A stretch of 64,000 nt of DNA from an uncultured Geobacter sp. (GTDB taxonomy: Bacteria > Desulfobacterota > Desulfuromonadia > Geobacterales > Geobacteraceae). Each line of letters begins with the position of its first letter. Positions within the stretch are counted from its first letter, which is position 1. This document shows, piece after piece, positions 9,500-20,665 of this stretch. The translations under genes and the position numbers were made by a program. The DNA lies in assembly GCA_964517595.1 (NCBI GenBank), contig CAZFCG010000002.1:23744-87743 (forward strand), in the 5' to 3' direction. The notes beneath the pieces are model-generated. The model worked only from the letters and a program-made list of their open reading frames with translations. It made no database searches and was not told where the DNA came from.

Positions 9500-11917
9500 A
9501 TGACGAAGAATCTGACTGATGCAGAAAAAAAGAGAGGGAATCCCGAGGGATTCCCTCTCTTGCCATTACGGGATATTGTAGTTTTCCCCCATATGGTGCT
9601 GCCGCTTTTCGTGGGACGGGAAAAGTCCGTTCTTGCCGTGCATGCCGCCATGGAAGGGAAAAGGAATATCTTTCTCGCCACCCAGAAAAATCCGGGAACC
9701 GACGATCCGAAGCTTGATGAATTTCATGAACATGGGACTATCTGTCGCATTATTCAGCTGCTGAATCTACCGGATCGGACGGTCAAGGTCCTTGTGGAGG
9801 GGAAACATCGGGGGGCTATTAAAAGAGTTCTTTCGGAGGAGCCCTTTTTCCGTGTTGAAATAGACGAAGTATGCGAAAGCGTTGAAGTCGATTCCGAGTT
9901 GGAAGCGATCATGCGCCGCATCAAGAGCGGATTCGAGACATGCGCGACTCTCACTAAGAAGATTCCCCAGGAGAACGTCAATACCGTTTCGGAGATCCGT
10001 GAACCCTCCAGGCTTGCGGATACTATTGCCGCGAATCTCAATCTGAAAGTGGAGCAGAAGCAGGAGATTCTGTCCCTGGCGGCGCCGGCACTAAGGTTGA
10101 GCCGTCTGCTGGATATGATGGTGGTGGAAATCGAGATCCTTCAGATAGAGAAGAGAATCCATGCCCGCGTAAAAAAGCAGATGGAAAAATCCCAGAGGGA
10201 GTATTACCTCAACGAACAGATCCGGGCCATCCAGAAGGAGTTGGGTTCAAAGGACGAATCCAGGCAGGAGCTTGTCAATCTTGAGGAAAAGATTGTTTCC
10301 GGACCACTTTCCCCGGAGGCCAGGGAAAAGGCTCTGGCCGAAATCAGGAAGCTTAGGTTGATGTCTCCCATGTCAGCCGAGGCCACGGTTTCCAGAAATT
10401 ACGTGGATTGGCTGGTCTCCCTCCCGTGGGGATTTCATACAAAAGAGAACAGAGACATTGCCGAGGCGGAGAAGGTGCTGGAAGATGACCACTTCGGACT
10501 GGAAAAGGTAAAGGAAAGGATTCTTGAATATCTGGCGGTAACTTCACTGGTTGGAAAGATGAAGGGCCCGATACTCTGCCTTGCAGGACCTCCTGGTGTA
10601 GGTAAGACGTCTCTGGCTCGCTCCATTGCCCGGGCGACCGGCCGCAATTTCGTCAAGATGTCCCTTGGTGGCGTTCGTGACGAGGCGGAGATACGAGGAC
10701 ATCGTCGCACTTATGTGGGCGCCATGCCGGGGAAAATAATCCTCAACATGAAAAAAGCGGGGAGCGCTAACCCCGTCTTTTTGCTGGATGAGATAGACAA
10801 GCTGAATTCCGATTTTCGCGGAGACCCCGCTTCAGCTCTCCTGGAGGTCCTTGATCCGGAGCAGAATCATTCCTTCAATGATCACTTTCTGGATGTCGAC
10901 TATGACCTTTCAAGCGTGATGTTTGTTACCACGGCGAATTCGGTCCATTCCATTCCAAGGCCTCTTCTGGACAGGCTTGAAGTCATTCGCCTGGAAGGAT
11001 ATACGGAGAAGGAAAAGCTGGAGATTGCCAGGCGATATCTTGTGAGCAAGCAGCTTGCGGCTCATGGCCTTTCGGGAGAGATGGCGGCATTTACGGAAAA
11101 TGCTTTGAAGGAATTGGTGCGGCATTATACCCGGGAGGCGGGAGTGCGTAACCTTGAAAGGCAGATAGCAAGCCTGTGCAGAAAGGTTGCATACCGGTCC
11201 GTTCGGGGCAAGGCAAAAAAGACCGTTCTGCAGCCAAGGGACGTTCGTGAACTGCTGGGCGCTCACCGTTTCTCCCATGGTGTCGCCGATGAACGGGACT
11301 CCGTAGGTGTTGTCACCGGCCTGGCCTGGACGGAAACAGGAGGAGAGCTCCTCAGCGTGGAGGTTGCGGCGCTTCCGGGTAAAGGGAAGTTGACCATCAC
11401 CGGGAAGCTGGGAGAGGTCATGCAGGAATCAGCTCACGCCGCTGTTACCTATGTCCGGTCCAGGGCTTCCGAACTGGGTCTGGAGAGAGATTTCTTCCAG
11501 AATATGGAGTTACATATTCATGTCCCTGAAGGCGCCATACCAAAGGATGGGCCTTCCGCCGGTATTACCATGGCAACTGCGGTGGTTTCCGCCATAACCG
11601 GCAAGAGCGTTCGCGGGGATTGCGCGATGACCGGTGAGGTGACATTGCGGGGCAGGGTGCTGCCCATCGGGGGATTAAAGGAAAAGCTCCTTGCCGCGAA
11701 GCGCGGAGGCATCAAGAAAGTACTCATTCCCGAGGCCAATGGCAAGGATCTTCAGGAGATTCCACGGGATGTGCTGGCAGGATTGAAAATAGTGTGCGTA
11801 AACCACATGGATAAGGTCCTTGAAATGGCATTGCGCGGGATGAATCTGCATTTGAAAACCACTGAAAATACATGTGGAAAAGCTGAGTTGACTGAAGAGT
11901 CACAGGCAGGCGTCTGA
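9500..11917 (+). CDS. lon: endopeptidase La (Lon protease)
   Basis: N-terminal [20 protein letters not shown], Walker [10 protein letters not shown], protease site [14 protein letters not shown]. Confidence 0.98.
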   Translation: MTKNLTDAEKKRGNPEGFPLLPLRDIVVFPHMVLPLFVGREKSVLAVHAAMEGKRNIFLATQKNPGTDDPKLDEFHEHGTICRIIQLLNLPDRTVKVLVEGKHRGAIKRVLSEEPFFRVEIDEVCESVEVDSELEAIMRRIKSGFETCATLTKKIPQENVNTVSEIREPSRLADTIAANLNLKVEQKQEILSLAAPALRLSRLLDMMVVEIEILQIEKRIHARVKKQMEKSQREYYLNEQIRAIQKELGSKDESRQELVNLEEKIVSGPLSPEAREKALAEIRKLRLMSPMSAEATVSRNYVDWLVSLPWGFHTKENRDIAEAEKVLEDDHFGLEKVKERILEYLAVTSLVGKMKGPILCLAGPPGVGKTSLARSIARATGRNFVKMSLGGVRDEAEIRGHRRTYVGAMPGKIILNMKKAGSANPVFLLDEIDKLNSDFRGDPASALLEVLDPEQNHSFNDHFLDVDYDLSSVMFVTTANSVHSIPRPLLDRLEVIRLEGYTEKEKLEIARRYLVSKQLAAHGLSGEMAAFTENALKELVRHYTREAGVRNLERQIASLCRKVAYRSVRGKAKKTVLQPRDVRELLGAHRFSHGVADERDSVGVVTGLAWTETGGELLSVEVAALPGKGKLTITGKLGEVMQESAHAAVTYVRSRASELGLERDFFQNMELHIHVPEGAIPKDGPSAGITMATAVVSAITGKSVRGDCAMTGEVTLRGRVLPIGGLKEKLLAAKRGGIKKVLIPEANGKDLQEIPRDVLAGLKIVCVNHMDKVLEMALRGMNLHLKTTENTCGKAELTEESQAGV

Positions 11918-11953
11918 TTGGATGAAATTCATTTTTTATAGAGTAAATATTTC

Positions 11954-11982
11954 TTGACACCCGCTGGGCCCCTTGTTATAAA
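11954..11982 (+). promoter_or_regulatory. sigma-70 promoter of tRNA-Asp
   Basis: TTGACA, 17 nt, TATAAA, located 45 nt upstream of the tRNA. Confidence 0.7.
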
Positions 11983-12026
11983 TATGCCTCCGTTGCCGCT
12001 GGCTTAAGTGGCAAGCAGATCTAAGT

Positions 12027-12103
<77 letters not shown>

Positions 12104-12108
12104 GAATC

Positions 12109-12137
12109 GAAAAGCCATGCCTGAGCATGGCTTTTTG
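12109..12137 (+). terminator. intrinsic terminator after tRNA-Asp
   Basis: aaaagccatgc-ctga-gcatggctttt followed by T. Confidence 0.85.
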
Positions 12138-12305
12138 TATTTGGAATCCATCTCTTTCCTTTCCCTTGACTTGACAGGGGAAAAACCTTATTCTGCCTCT
12201 ATCCTTTTCATTATATTCAAGTTTTCTCGAAAAATTATATAGTTGTGCTTTGGTGCGGCTGGAAAGTCCGTGCTTTTTTGTTTTCAGTGAGTGCGATAAT
12301 AAAGG

Positions 12306-13076
12306 TTGAATCCCGTGAAAGTTACCGTTGTAATCCCCACATACAATGAGCGTGATAACATCTCCAGAATAATCCCGGAAATCCTGCGACAGGATGACAG
12401 GATTTCGGTGCTTGTTGTTGACGACAACTCGCCTGACGGAACCGCGGACGTCGTCCAGGCAATGGCTGAAAAGAATAGCAGAATACGCCTCCACAGACGT
12501 CCTGGAAAACTTGGACTGGGTTCCGCATACCGTGAAGGATTCGCCATCGCCCTTGCTGAAGGCGCGCTTTACGTCATTGAGATGGATGCTGATTTCTCTC
12601 ATGACCCTGATTCCATTCCTGAGTTGCTTGCAAAGGCGAAAATCTTCGATCTGGTAATAGGTTCCCGCTACATGAATGGTGTCAGTGTGGTAAATTGGCC
12701 CATCAGAAGACTGCTCCTGAGTTATTCCGCTTCCGTGTATACGAGGCTCATTACCGGTTTACGGATATCCGATTGTACAAGCGGATTCAAATGTTTCCGG
12801 AGAGAGGTTCTGGAAGCCCTGGACGTTTCGAGTGTGAGATCTGATGGATATTCCTTCCAGATAGAGATGAATTTTCTTTCCATTGAAAAAGGGTTCACTA
12901 TAGGAGAGATTCCCATAATCTTTATCGACCGGCATGCGGGCACTTCCAAGATGTCCAGGAGAATAGTAAGGGAAGCGGTTTTCATGGTGTGGAAGCTTAA
13001 ACTGGTATCACTTCTCAGGAGATTCACGGGAAAAGGTGAGCAACGTGTCACGAGAAATGTGGGCGCTCTTCTGTGA
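12306..13076 (+). CDS. GT2-family polyprenol/dolichol-phosphate mannosyltransferase
   Basis: VVIPTYNERDNI, VVDDNSPDGT, EMDADFSHDP, SDCTSGFKCFRREVL, SDGYSFQIEM. Confidence 0.9.
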   Translation: MNPVKVTVVIPTYNERDNISRIIPEILRQDDRISVLVVDDNSPDGTADVVQAMAEKNSRIRLHRRPGKLGLGSAYREGFAIALAEGALYVIEMDADFSHDPDSIPELLAKAKIFDLVIGSRYMNGVSVVNWPIRRLLLSYSASVYTRLITGLRISDCTSGFKCFRREVLEALDVSSVRSDGYSFQIEMNFLSIEKGFTIGEIPIIFIDRHAGTSKMSRRIVREAVFMVWKLKLVSLLRRFTGKGEQRVTRNVGALL

Positions 13077-13230
13077 GATTGGCTTCTGGGGTTGGACTTC
13101 CGCCTTCTGCGGGTTTCTGTTTTTTTCATTTCCCAACGGCGGAGTTTTTGCCGCAAGGAGAGCCTTTCCCTGGGGGATTGCTTTCCTTTTCTTCTATCTT
13201 GCATGGATCGCTGGAATGCTGAATGCCTGA
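13036..13230 (+). CDS. hypothetical small membrane protein (weakly supported)
   Basis: 64-aa ORF with two hydrophobic segments rich in F/W/G. It overlaps the GT2 3-prime end and has no clear RBS. Confidence 0.3.
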   Translation: MSNVSREMWALFCEIGFWGWTSAFCGFLFFSFPNGGVFAARRAFPWGIAFLFFYLAWIAGMLNA

Positions 13231-13345
13231 TGCCGGCCTGGCCTTGGAAGACCCAGAAAAGCCTGTTTGCCTGTAGCGGACCATTTGATGAAGGACAAGA
13301 ACCTGGGAGCAAGGGTTCCGGTCGAATGATTTCAGGAGCGCTTTT

Positions 13346-14014
13346 ATGATCCAACTGCATAACGTCCACATGTCCTATCAGCGTGACGCATCGGCGTTGA
13401 GCGGCGTGACGACGAAGATTTCCAAAGGTGAGTTCGTTTTCCTTACCGGGGTTTCCGGCGCGGGGAAATCTACCCTTATGAAGCTGCTTTATGCCGCTCT
13501 TCGGCCGACCAGTGGACAGATTATCGTTGACGGTGTAAACATCACAAAGCTTCCGTCCTCCCAGATCCCCCATCTGCGAAGGAAGGTGGGGGTGGTATTC
13601 CAGGACTTCAAGCTCCTTCCGAACAGGACGGTCCTTGAAAACGTGGCGATTACCCTCGAGGTACTGGGATGGAGCAGGAAGGACATCAACAAACGTGTAT
13701 ACCATCTTCTCAAGCAGGTGGGCCTCGAACACAAGATTAACTCCACTCCGCTCCGGCTTTCGGGTGGCGAGCAGCAGCGGGTAGCAATGGCGCGCGCGCT
13801 GGTAAACGAACCGAAAATTATCCTTGCCGACGAACCGACCGGCAATCTCGATGAGACATCCAAGGATCAGGCAATGGATATCCTGAAAGAGGCCAATATA
13901 CGAGGCAGCACTGTGGTGGTGGCGACCCATGACAGAAGGCTGATCGAGAGTTGCCACAAACGCATCATAGCTCTCGATAAAGGGCGTATTGTGGAGGATG
14001 CGGATGTCTCGTAA
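13346..14014 (+). CDS. ftsE: cell division ATP-binding protein FtsE
   Basis: Walker [11 protein letters not shown], signature LSGGEQQRV, Walker [10 protein letters not shown]. Followed by ftsX. Confidence 0.95.
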   Translation: MIQLHNVHMSYQRDASALSGVTTKISKGEFVFLTGVSGAGKSTLMKLLYAALRPTSGQIIVDGVNITKLPSSQIPHLRRKVGVVFQDFKLLPNRTVLENVAITLEVLGWSRKDINKRVYHLLKQVGLEHKINSTPLRLSGGEQQRVAMARALVNEPKIILADEPTGNLDETSKDQAMDILKEANIRGSTVVVATHDRRLIESCHKRIIALDKGRIVEDADVS

Positions 14015-14948
14015 CAAGACGCTTAAGAGGCCGAAGCTGGCGCGGGAGGGGATTTGGGGGCGCTTCTGCTATTTCAGCGAGAGGGCTTTCCTGAACATCA
14101 GACAGAACATTCTTGTCAATGTACTTACCGTTGCCACCATAGCAATCGCATTTCTAATCCTTTCCCTGTTCCTCCTCCTGTATGTAAACCTGGAACGGGT
14201 TACTGAAAACTGGAGTGAGCGGGTACAGGTCGCGGCTTATTTTGATCGTGAGCTTACCAAAGACGAGATTGCTTCTCTTACCGGCAAGATACGCAAGATA
14301 GAAGGCACCTCGGACGTTGATTATGTCTCACGTGAGGAAGCTTTGAAACGGTTTTCATCCAGGCTGAAGGGGCAGGAGGCCCTTCTGGACGGCGTAACCC
14401 CAGCCATACTTCCTTCTTCATTGGAAATACATTTAAAAAAGGCGTTTCGAAACAGTGACTCAGTGAGCTCCTATGTATCCAGCCTGAGGAAAATCCCCGA
14501 ACTAACTGAAGTGCAGTATGGTGAAGAATGGGTGAAGAGGTTCTCCGATTTCATGAGTCTGCTTCGTTTCGCTGGGACTCTGGTGGGGGGCTTTCTGGTA
14601 CTTGCCGTAGTATTTATTGTTGCCAATACCATAAAATTGACTATTTTTTCACGCAAAGACGAGCTAGAGCTGATGGGTCTGGTAGGGGCCAGTCGATTTT
14701 TCATAAAGGCGCCGTTTCTGATTGAAGGCGTAATTCAAGGCTTCAGCGGCGTCTGTCTGGCCCTCCTTATTCTTACCGGAGTATATGCTCTGTTCCTGCA
14801 CAATTCAGACATGTTAAGCAGCTTTAATACTACGGTTTCCGGCCTCGTGTTTCTCCCTTCGCCCTATCTTGCAACCCTTTTGGCGGGTGGCGCAATGCTT
14901 GGTTTTCTGGGGAGTCTTGCCTCCCTGAAACGTTTTATCAGTATATAG
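14004..14948 (+). CDS. ftsX: cell division permease-like protein FtsX
   Basis: Four TM segments and a periplasmic domain after TM1. ATG 14004 has GGAGGA 5 nt upstream and overlaps the ftsE end by 11 nt. Confidence 0.9.
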   Translation: MSRNKTLKRPKLAREGIWGRFCYFSERAFLNIRQNILVNVLTVATIAIAFLILSLFLLLYVNLERVTENWSERVQVAAYFDRELTKDEIASLTGKIRKIEGTSDVDYVSREEALKRFSSRLKGQEALLDGVTPAILPSSLEIHLKKAFRNSDSVSSYVSSLRKIPELTEVQYGEEWVKRFSDFMSLLRFAGTLVGGFLVLAVVFIVANTIKLTIFSRKDELELMGLVGASRFFIKAPFLIEGVIQGFSGVCLALLILTGVYALFLHNSDMLSSFNTTVSGLVFLPSPYLATLLAGGAMLGFLGSLASLKRFISI

Positions 14949-14950
14949 CC

Positions 14951-16237
14951 ATGTGGATCAGATTCGCTTCAATCGTGCTGCTTTCCTTCCTTTCCGCCGC
15001 TTCTTCCTGGTCCGCCGATGCCAGGAAGGAGCTTCAGGGGGTAACGAAAGAGATAAGGGAAAAGAAGCAGCTCATCAATAAAACCATCCAGCAAGAGACC
15101 AGTGTGTCCGCTGAACTCAGAAAGATTGATGACAGCTTGCGCGAAAAGGAAGCCACCCTTGTGGCGCTGAAACGCGACATGATGAAGGTTGAAAACGGTA
15201 TAGAAAAGACTAACGACGAGATATCCGTCGTACAGGGGGAGGCGGAGGCGAAAAAGCTGCTGATCCAGAAACGGTTGGTGTCCATCTACAAGGCGGGTGA
15301 CACCGGGAGCATCCGATTCTTCTTTTCATCGGACTCTTTTCCCCAGATGCTGGAGAACATGCGCTACATGAAATCGCTCCTTGAAAGCGATCGGAAACTG
15401 GTCTCCGCATATGAGGAACGGATAGCTAAGCTGAAGCTTTTGAAAAATACCATGGTGTCGGACATTCGCAAAAAGGAGAGACTGGGCGCCGATATCGAGT
15501 CGACAAAGCGTCAGATTGAGGTTGAAAAAAAATCCAAATCCAGCTTTCTGGTTCGGGTTCGAGAGGAGAAAAAGGCCTATCAGGCTTCCCTCCGGGATTT
15601 GGAGGCGAATTCAAGGCGATTGCATTCTGTCGTAGCAAGACTTGAGGCGGAAAGAAAGCGGAAAGAGCTTGCCCAGAGGCGCGCGGAAGCCGCCAGGCAG
15701 AAGAAGATTCTTCAGGCCAAGGCAGCAGCGGCAAGACAGCGAAGCAGGGCCAGATACAGAGAGAAGGAAAGCGATAATCGCTGGCGCCGTCCGGATGTGA
15801 CCCCTCCAGCGGTTTCGCCACCTGAATCCATAAGCGGGTTTGCGTCACAGAAGGGCCGTTTATCAATGCCGACAAGGGGACGAATCATCTCCTCCTTCGG
15901 AAGACACAAGCATCCGGAGTTCAATTCCTTTACGGTAAGTAACGGAATATCCATCGCGGCGCCTAGCGGCGCGGAAGTCAGATCCGTCTATGATGGAAAA
16001 GTCGTCTTTTCCGACTATTTCAAAGGTTACGGCAACATGGTGATAGTTGACCATGGGGGCGGTTTCTTCAGCCTTTATGCCCACAACTCCAGGCTGCTGA
16101 AGCGGAGCGGCGCCAGTGTGTCCAGGAACGAGGTTGTAGCGAACGTCGGTGATGTTGATTCTTCAAAGGGATCTGTTCTGTATTTTGAAATCCGCTATCA
16201 AGGGAAGCCAGTTGATCCCTCATCATGGGTCAGGTAG
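14951..16237 (+). CDS. envC: murein hydrolase activator EnvC-like (coiled coil plus degenerate M23/LytM domain)
   Basis: Signal peptide and a long coiled coil. The C-terminal LytM fold has metal ligands replaced (SNGISIAAP instead of HxGxD, LYFEIR instead of LHFE), as in EnvC. Directly follows ftsEX. Confidence 0.85.
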   Translation: MWIRFASIVLLSFLSAASSWSADARKELQGVTKEIREKKQLINKTIQQETSVSAELRKIDDSLREKEATLVALKRDMMKVENGIEKTNDEISVVQGEAEAKKLLIQKRLVSIYKAGDTGSIRFFFSSDSFPQMLENMRYMKSLLESDRKLVSAYEERIAKLKLLKNTMVSDIRKKERLGADIESTKRQIEVEKKSKSSFLVRVREEKKAYQASLRDLEANSRRLHSVVARLEAERKRKELAQRRAEAARQKKILQAKAAAARQRSRARYREKESDNRWRRPDVTPPAVSPPESISGFASQKGRLSMPTRGRIISSFGRHKHPEFNSFTVSNGISIAAPSGAEVRSVYDGKVVFSDYFKGYGNMVIVDHGGGFFSLYAHNSRLLKRSGASVSRNEVVANVGDVDSSKGSVLYFEIRYQGKPVDPSSWVR

Positions 16238-16306
16238 GTATCATCCGGAAGCCCCGGATTATAACCAGGTAAACATTTTCACGGAAAACACCGGCCGGGA
16301 GGAAAA

Positions 16307-17638
16307 ATGGTGACGAAAAACAAAGGAAAAAAGATGGCCCTGCTGATTACCGCCGTTTCAGCTCTGATAGTTGTCGTTGGAATGGGAGTGCAGCATCGAT
16401 GTGCCGCGGAGGGTGGCAATGACTATGAATCCATTGAGCTGTTTACCGATGTTCTGAAAATCGTTCAGAAGAATTACGTGGAAGAGGTCGATACCAAGAA
16501 ACTGGTTTACGGCGCAATCAACGGTATGCTTTCATCGCTGGACCCGCACAGCTCTTTTCTCCCTCCGGATATGTACAAAGAGATGAAGATAGAGACAAAG
16601 GGCTCATTCGGAGGGCTGGGAATCGAGATAACGATAAAAGACGGCTATCTTACTGTTATCTCGCCGATAGAAGACACTCCCGCTTTCAGGGCCGGAATCA
16701 AATCCGGCGACCAGATATTGAAAATCGAGGATAAGCTTACCAAGGACCTGAGCATAGTGGATGCCGTGAAGCGCATGCGCGGTCCCAAGGGGAGCAAGAT
16801 TACCATCACCATCATGCGCGAGGGTTTCGAGAGACCCAAGGAGATTCATCTTGTCCGCGACATAATTCAGGTCAAGAGTGTAAAATACAAGACCCTCGAT
16901 TACGGATACGGATATATAAGGCTCGCCCAGTTCCAGGAAAAGACCGATGAGGACCTTGTCAAGGCGCTCAAGGCTCTCAAAAAGGAAAACGGAGGCGTGT
17001 TGAAGGGCCTTATTCTTGATATGCGCAACGACCCCGGCGGACTTTTGGATCAGGCGGTCAAAGTCGCGGATCATTTCATTGCCGATGGACTGATTGTCTA
17101 CACGGAAGGCCGTGATCCTGATTCCAGGATGAGATTTGTCGCCAGGAAGGGCGAGAAGGAACTGGGCTACCCCATGGTTGTCCTGATCAACGGAGGTAGC
17201 GCCAGCGCATCGGAAATCGTGGCAGGAGCGCTTCAGGACCATAACCGGGCGGTAGTCCTGGGGACCCAGAGCTTCGGCAAGGGATCAGTTCAAACCATAA
17301 TACCTCTGTCAGAGGATTCCGGCTTGCGACTGACTACAGCCAAATATTTCACGCCCAAGGGCCGTTCAATCCAGGCAAAGGGCATAACTCCGGATATCGT
17401 TGTAGAGAATCTGGAAATAACCGCCGCGGAAAAGAAGGAGATCCTTTCCATTAGGGAAAAGGATCTGGAAAACCATTTTGAAACAGATAAAAAAGACGAA
17501 AAACCGTCCAAAAAGAAGGAAGAGAAAAAGCCGGCATTCACCATGGATGAGCAGATAAAGGGTGATTACCAGATTTTAAGGGCGCTGGACCTTCTGAAGG
17601 GGTGGGATATTCTGAAGAAGATTAACAAGGCTGGCTAG
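16307..17638 (+). CDS. ctpA: S41-family carboxyl-terminal processing protease
   Basis: PDZ region GGLGIEI...GDQILKIED and catalytic region LINGGSASASEIVAGALQD...GTQSFGKGSVQ. Confidence 0.92.
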   Translation: MVTKNKGKKMALLITAVSALIVVVGMGVQHRCAAEGGNDYESIELFTDVLKIVQKNYVEEVDTKKLVYGAINGMLSSLDPHSSFLPPDMYKEMKIETKGSFGGLGIEITIKDGYLTVISPIEDTPAFRAGIKSGDQILKIEDKLTKDLSIVDAVKRMRGPKGSKITITIMREGFERPKEIHLVRDIIQVKSVKYKTLDYGYGYIRLAQFQEKTDEDLVKALKALKKENGGVLKGLILDMRNDPGGLLDQAVKVADHFIADGLIVYTEGRDPDSRMRFVARKGEKELGYPMVVLINGGSASASEIVAGALQDHNRAVVLGTQSFGKGSVQTIIPLSEDSGLRLTTAKYFTPKGRSIQAKGITPDIVVENLEITAAEKKEILSIREKDLENHFETDKKDEKPSKKKEEKKPAFTMDEQIKGDYQILRALDLLKGWDILKKINKAG

Positions 17639-17651
17639 GCGGTTCCGCTTG

Positions 17652-17700
17652 GGCCGAAACCCTAGGTCGCGTATGTAATGCGTCCAGGGTTTCGGCTCTT
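17652..17700. terminator. hairpin between convergent ctpA and mucR-like genes
   Basis: ggccgaaaccct / agggtttcggc stem of about 11 bp with a structured loop, followed by tcttt. Confidence 0.55.
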
Positions 17701-17716
17701 TCAGGACATGGTTTCT

Positions 17717-18205
17717 TCAGGCCTTTTTCTTGGTCGATTTTGCTTGTTTCGCCGTTGCATTCTTCTCCTCTTTCAGATGTGCGGCGCGGACTGCCCGCGC
17801 TTTGGCCAGGTTGTCGGCCAGGCCCCTTTCCTGAGCCATCTTTCTTCTCCCTTCCGAGAAGGACTTTGCAGTCAGCGGCTGATTCGATGGTATGTTGAAT
17901 TTTTTCCGGTACTCGCCGGGTTTCATCCCGTGAGCCTGGGACAGATGCCGGGACAGGGTCTTCATTCCGCCTCTTCCACAGATCATGCAATACACCTGGT
18001 CTGTCTGGAAGGCCTTCTTGAGGCTCATGACGGGTGTCTTCGATTCCGCTTCAATAGCCGCCGGGGCTGCGCTGGAGGTTTCAAGCTCCTGGAGCGCCGC
18101 ATATACTTTCTGAATTTCCTGAAGAAGCTCTTCTGTCGACATCTCATTGACAGAGGCGTGGGATGAGACAATGCTTGCCGCCAGTTCTACTAATGTTGAT
18201 GGCAT
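17717..18205 (-). CDS. MucR/Ros-family zinc-finger transcriptional regulator
   Basis: CMICGRGGMKTLSRHLSQAHGMKPGEYRKKFNIP (C-x2-C...H-x4-H ROS_MUCR motif) with a basic C-terminal tail. Confidence 0.85.
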   Translation of the reverse strand: MPSTLVELAASIVSSHASVNEMSTEELLQEIQKVYAALQELETSSAAPAAIEAESKTPVMSLKKAFQTDQVYCMICGRGGMKTLSRHLSQAHGMKPGEYRKKFNIPSNQPLTAKSFSEGRRKMAQERGLADNLAKARAVRAAHLKEEKNATAKQAKSTKKKA

Positions 18206-18382
18206 TACTTAAACCTCCTGGACATGTATTTTGAAATTTATACTATTTAACCGCAAAAGCGCTTCAAATCAAGAAGAAAACCGATATTGCCATAAGAAAC
18301 TATTGACTGGTAATTTTATCCTTTGATCTGCGAATCTCATTCTGACTATGTGTGTCATATATCAATTCAAGGAATCGTGAAA

Positions 18383-18589
18383 ATGCCCAAAATCGAAATT
18401 GAAGAACTGAGATGTAAGGGTTGTGGACTCTGTGTCATAGCTTGCCCCAAGAAGCTGATAGCCTTGAGTAATCAGATCAATTCTCATGGCTACACTCCCG
18501 CTGTTTTTAACGAAGATGAAGACAGGTGCACCGGTTGCGCTCTCTGTGCCGAGATGTGTCCTGACGTGGCCATAAAGGTTTTCAAATAA
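18383..18589 (+). CDS. 4Fe-4S ferredoxin-type delta subunit of 2-oxoacid:ferredoxin oxidoreductase
   Basis: Two cluster motifs, CKGCGLCVIACP and CTGCALCAEMCP. First gene of the four-subunit OFOR operon. Start taken at ATG 18383. Confidence 0.8.
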   Translation: MPKIEIEELRCKGCGLCVIACPKKLIALSNQINSHGYTPAVFNEDEDRCTGCALCAEMCPDVAIKVFK

Positions 18590-18720
18590 CCCCGCGTTCC
18601 GGACTTACCGATACTGATACTGTTGCCAAAAGCTGAGAATAATGCTAAATCCATTCAGCCGGTTCAGCTTTCAATTTTTTCAAGTATCAGAGACGGTCTT
18701 TCTCGAATGCCCGGATATTA

Positions 18721-19788
18721 ATGGAGGAAAAATTGTCAAAGCGTTTACTTGTAAGAGGTAATGAGGCCATTTGTAGGGGCGCCATCGAGGCGGGCTGCAG
18801 GCATTACTTCGGCTATCCTATTACACCGCAGAACGATATTCCCGAGTACATGTCCATGGTTCTGCCGGAGCTGAATGGGGTTTTCATCCAGGCGGAGAGC
18901 GAGATTGCCTCAGTCAATATGGTCCTTGGCGCGGCGGCTACCGGCGCCAGGGTTATGACATCCTCTTCCAGTCCCGGCATTTCCCTCAAGATGGAAACCA
19001 TTTCCTATATGGCCGCTATGGAACTTCCCTGCCTTATTGTCAATATATCCCGTTCAGGACCTGGTCTTGGCGGTATTGACGCATCCCAGGGCGATTATTT
19101 TCAGGCGGTCAAGGGTGGCGGGCACGGCGGTTACCATACTCTGGTTCTGGCCCCGGCTTCGGTTCAGGAGATGTACGACCTTACCATGCTTGCCTTCGAC
19201 CTCGCCGAAATTTACCGGATTCCGGCCATGATCCTTGGGGATGCGGTGGTGGGCCAGATGAAGGAGCCCCTGGACCCGCATCCGAGGCCTGTCAGGGAGT
19301 TGCCCCCTAAGGACTGGGCGCTCAGGGGTAAAAGTGGTGGTGAGCAGAGGTATATCAAGTCTCTTTATCTTGGAGATGGCGAGTTGGAGGCCAGAAACTG
19401 GGTGCTTAACGCGAAATATGAAGCCCTTCGGGAAAAAGAATGCCTTTGCGAGAATTTTATGACGGCGGACGCATCCCTTGTTGTAACGGGTTTTGGATCC
19501 GCCGCGAGAATTGCGAAAACAGCCGTGATGATGGCTCGGGAAGAAGGTCTGAAGGTCGGCCTGCTCCGCCCTGTAACCCTGTTTCCTTTTCCTGAAAAAT
19601 CCTTTGCCGCGGTAACCTCGCACTGCAAGAAAATACTAGATGTGGAACTTAATACCGGACAGATGGTTGAGGACGTGAGGCTCTCGGTTGCCAGGGACAC
19701 GGAGGTTTTCTTTTACGGCAGGCCTTCGGGGACCGGTTCTCTTCCAACACCAGAGGAGTTGCTGGAACAGATAAAGAAGCATTACTAG
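18721..19788 (+). CDS. 2-oxoacid:ferredoxin oxidoreductase alpha subunit (KorA/VorB-like)
   Basis: GNEAICRGAIEAGCRHYFGYPITPQNDI, AESEIASVNMVLGAAATGARVMTSSS, GGGHGGY. Confidence 0.9.
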   Translation: MEEKLSKRLLVRGNEAICRGAIEAGCRHYFGYPITPQNDIPEYMSMVLPELNGVFIQAESEIASVNMVLGAAATGARVMTSSSSPGISLKMETISYMAAMELPCLIVNISRSGPGLGGIDASQGDYFQAVKGGGHGGYHTLVLAPASVQEMYDLTMLAFDLAEIYRIPAMILGDAVVGQMKEPLDPHPRPVRELPPKDWALRGKSGGEQRYIKSLYLGDGELEARNWVLNAKYEALREKECLCENFMTADASLVVTGFGSAARIAKTAVMMAREEGLKVGLLRPVTLFPFPEKSFAAVTSHCKKILDVELNTGQMVEDVRLSVARDTEVFFYGRPSGTGSLPTPEELLEQIKKHY

Positions 19789-19860
19789 GAAGATGCCCGT
19801 GCCGTAGCGGCTGTTTTCCATGTACCGCAAAACTTCCCAAGCACGATTTGAGGTAACGGA

Positions 19861-20604
19861 ATGCAACAGGTATTCAAAAGACCAGAGAGTCTGAAGGACG
19901 TTCAGACACATTACTGCCCGGGTTGCCATCACGGCACGATTCACCGGCTTGTGGCCGAGGCCCTGGATGAATATGAGCTGCGGGAAAAGACAATCGGGGT
20001 TGCATCTATCGGTTGTTCGGTTTTCCTCTACAGTTATTTTGATATTGACGTGGTTGAGTCCCCCCACGGCCGGGCGCCGGCGGTGGCCACCGGGGTCAAG
20101 CGCGCCCGGCCTGACCGCTTTGTCTTCACTTATCAGGGTGACGGGGACCTTGCCGCAATCGGTACTGCCGAGATCATCCACGCGGCAAACAGGGGCGAAG
20201 ATATAAGCGTTATCTTTGTGAACAATACGACATATGGCATGACCGGGGGACAGATGGCCCCGACAACACTGCTTGGTCAGAAAACCTCCACATCCCCCTA
20301 TGGAAGAAGGCCGGATATCGAAGGCTATCCCTTAAGGGTGACCGAGTTGTTGTCATGCCTTGACGGAGTCGCCTTTGCCGCGCGCGTCGCGGTCAATTCC
20401 CCGAAAAACCTCATGGAAGCGAAAAAGCAGATAAAAAAGGCCTTCAGGTACCAGGTGGAAGGAAAGGGTTTTTCTTTCGTGGAGGTGCTGTCCGCATGTC
20501 CCACCAACTGGGGGATGAGCCCTGTCGAGGCCAATGAGCGGGTTGGGAAGGAGATGTGCTCCTATTTCAAATTAGGCACATTCAAGGATACGGCTGGTTT
20601 CTGA
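19861..20604 (+). CDS. 2-oxoacid:ferredoxin oxidoreductase beta (TPP-binding) subunit
   Basis: [17 protein letters not shown]...[15 protein letters not shown] motif. Confidence 0.9.
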   Translation: MQQVFKRPESLKDVQTHYCPGCHHGTIHRLVAEALDEYELREKTIGVASIGCSVFLYSYFDIDVVESPHGRAPAVATGVKRARPDRFVFTYQGDGDLAAIGTAEIIHAANRGEDISVIFVNNTTYGMTGGQMAPTTLLGQKTSTSPYGRRPDIEGYPLRVTELLSCLDGVAFAARVAVNSPKNLMEAKKQIKKAFRYQVEGKGFSFVEVLSACPTNWGMSPVEANERVGKEMCSYFKLGTFKDTAGF

Positions 20605-20665
20605 CCGGCTTCCTGCTTTTGGCGCATATGCAGACCAACACTTTTCGAGATAAGGGAGCTTGTAG

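Noticed and set aside
12722-14017. 431-aa minus-strand ORF spanning the GT2, small-ORF and ftsE region
   Set aside because: It is antisense to genes with unmistakable motifs (GT2, FtsE Walker A and signature). Its composition is Arg/Ser/Pro-rich and motif-free, typical of a GC-rich shadow ORF.
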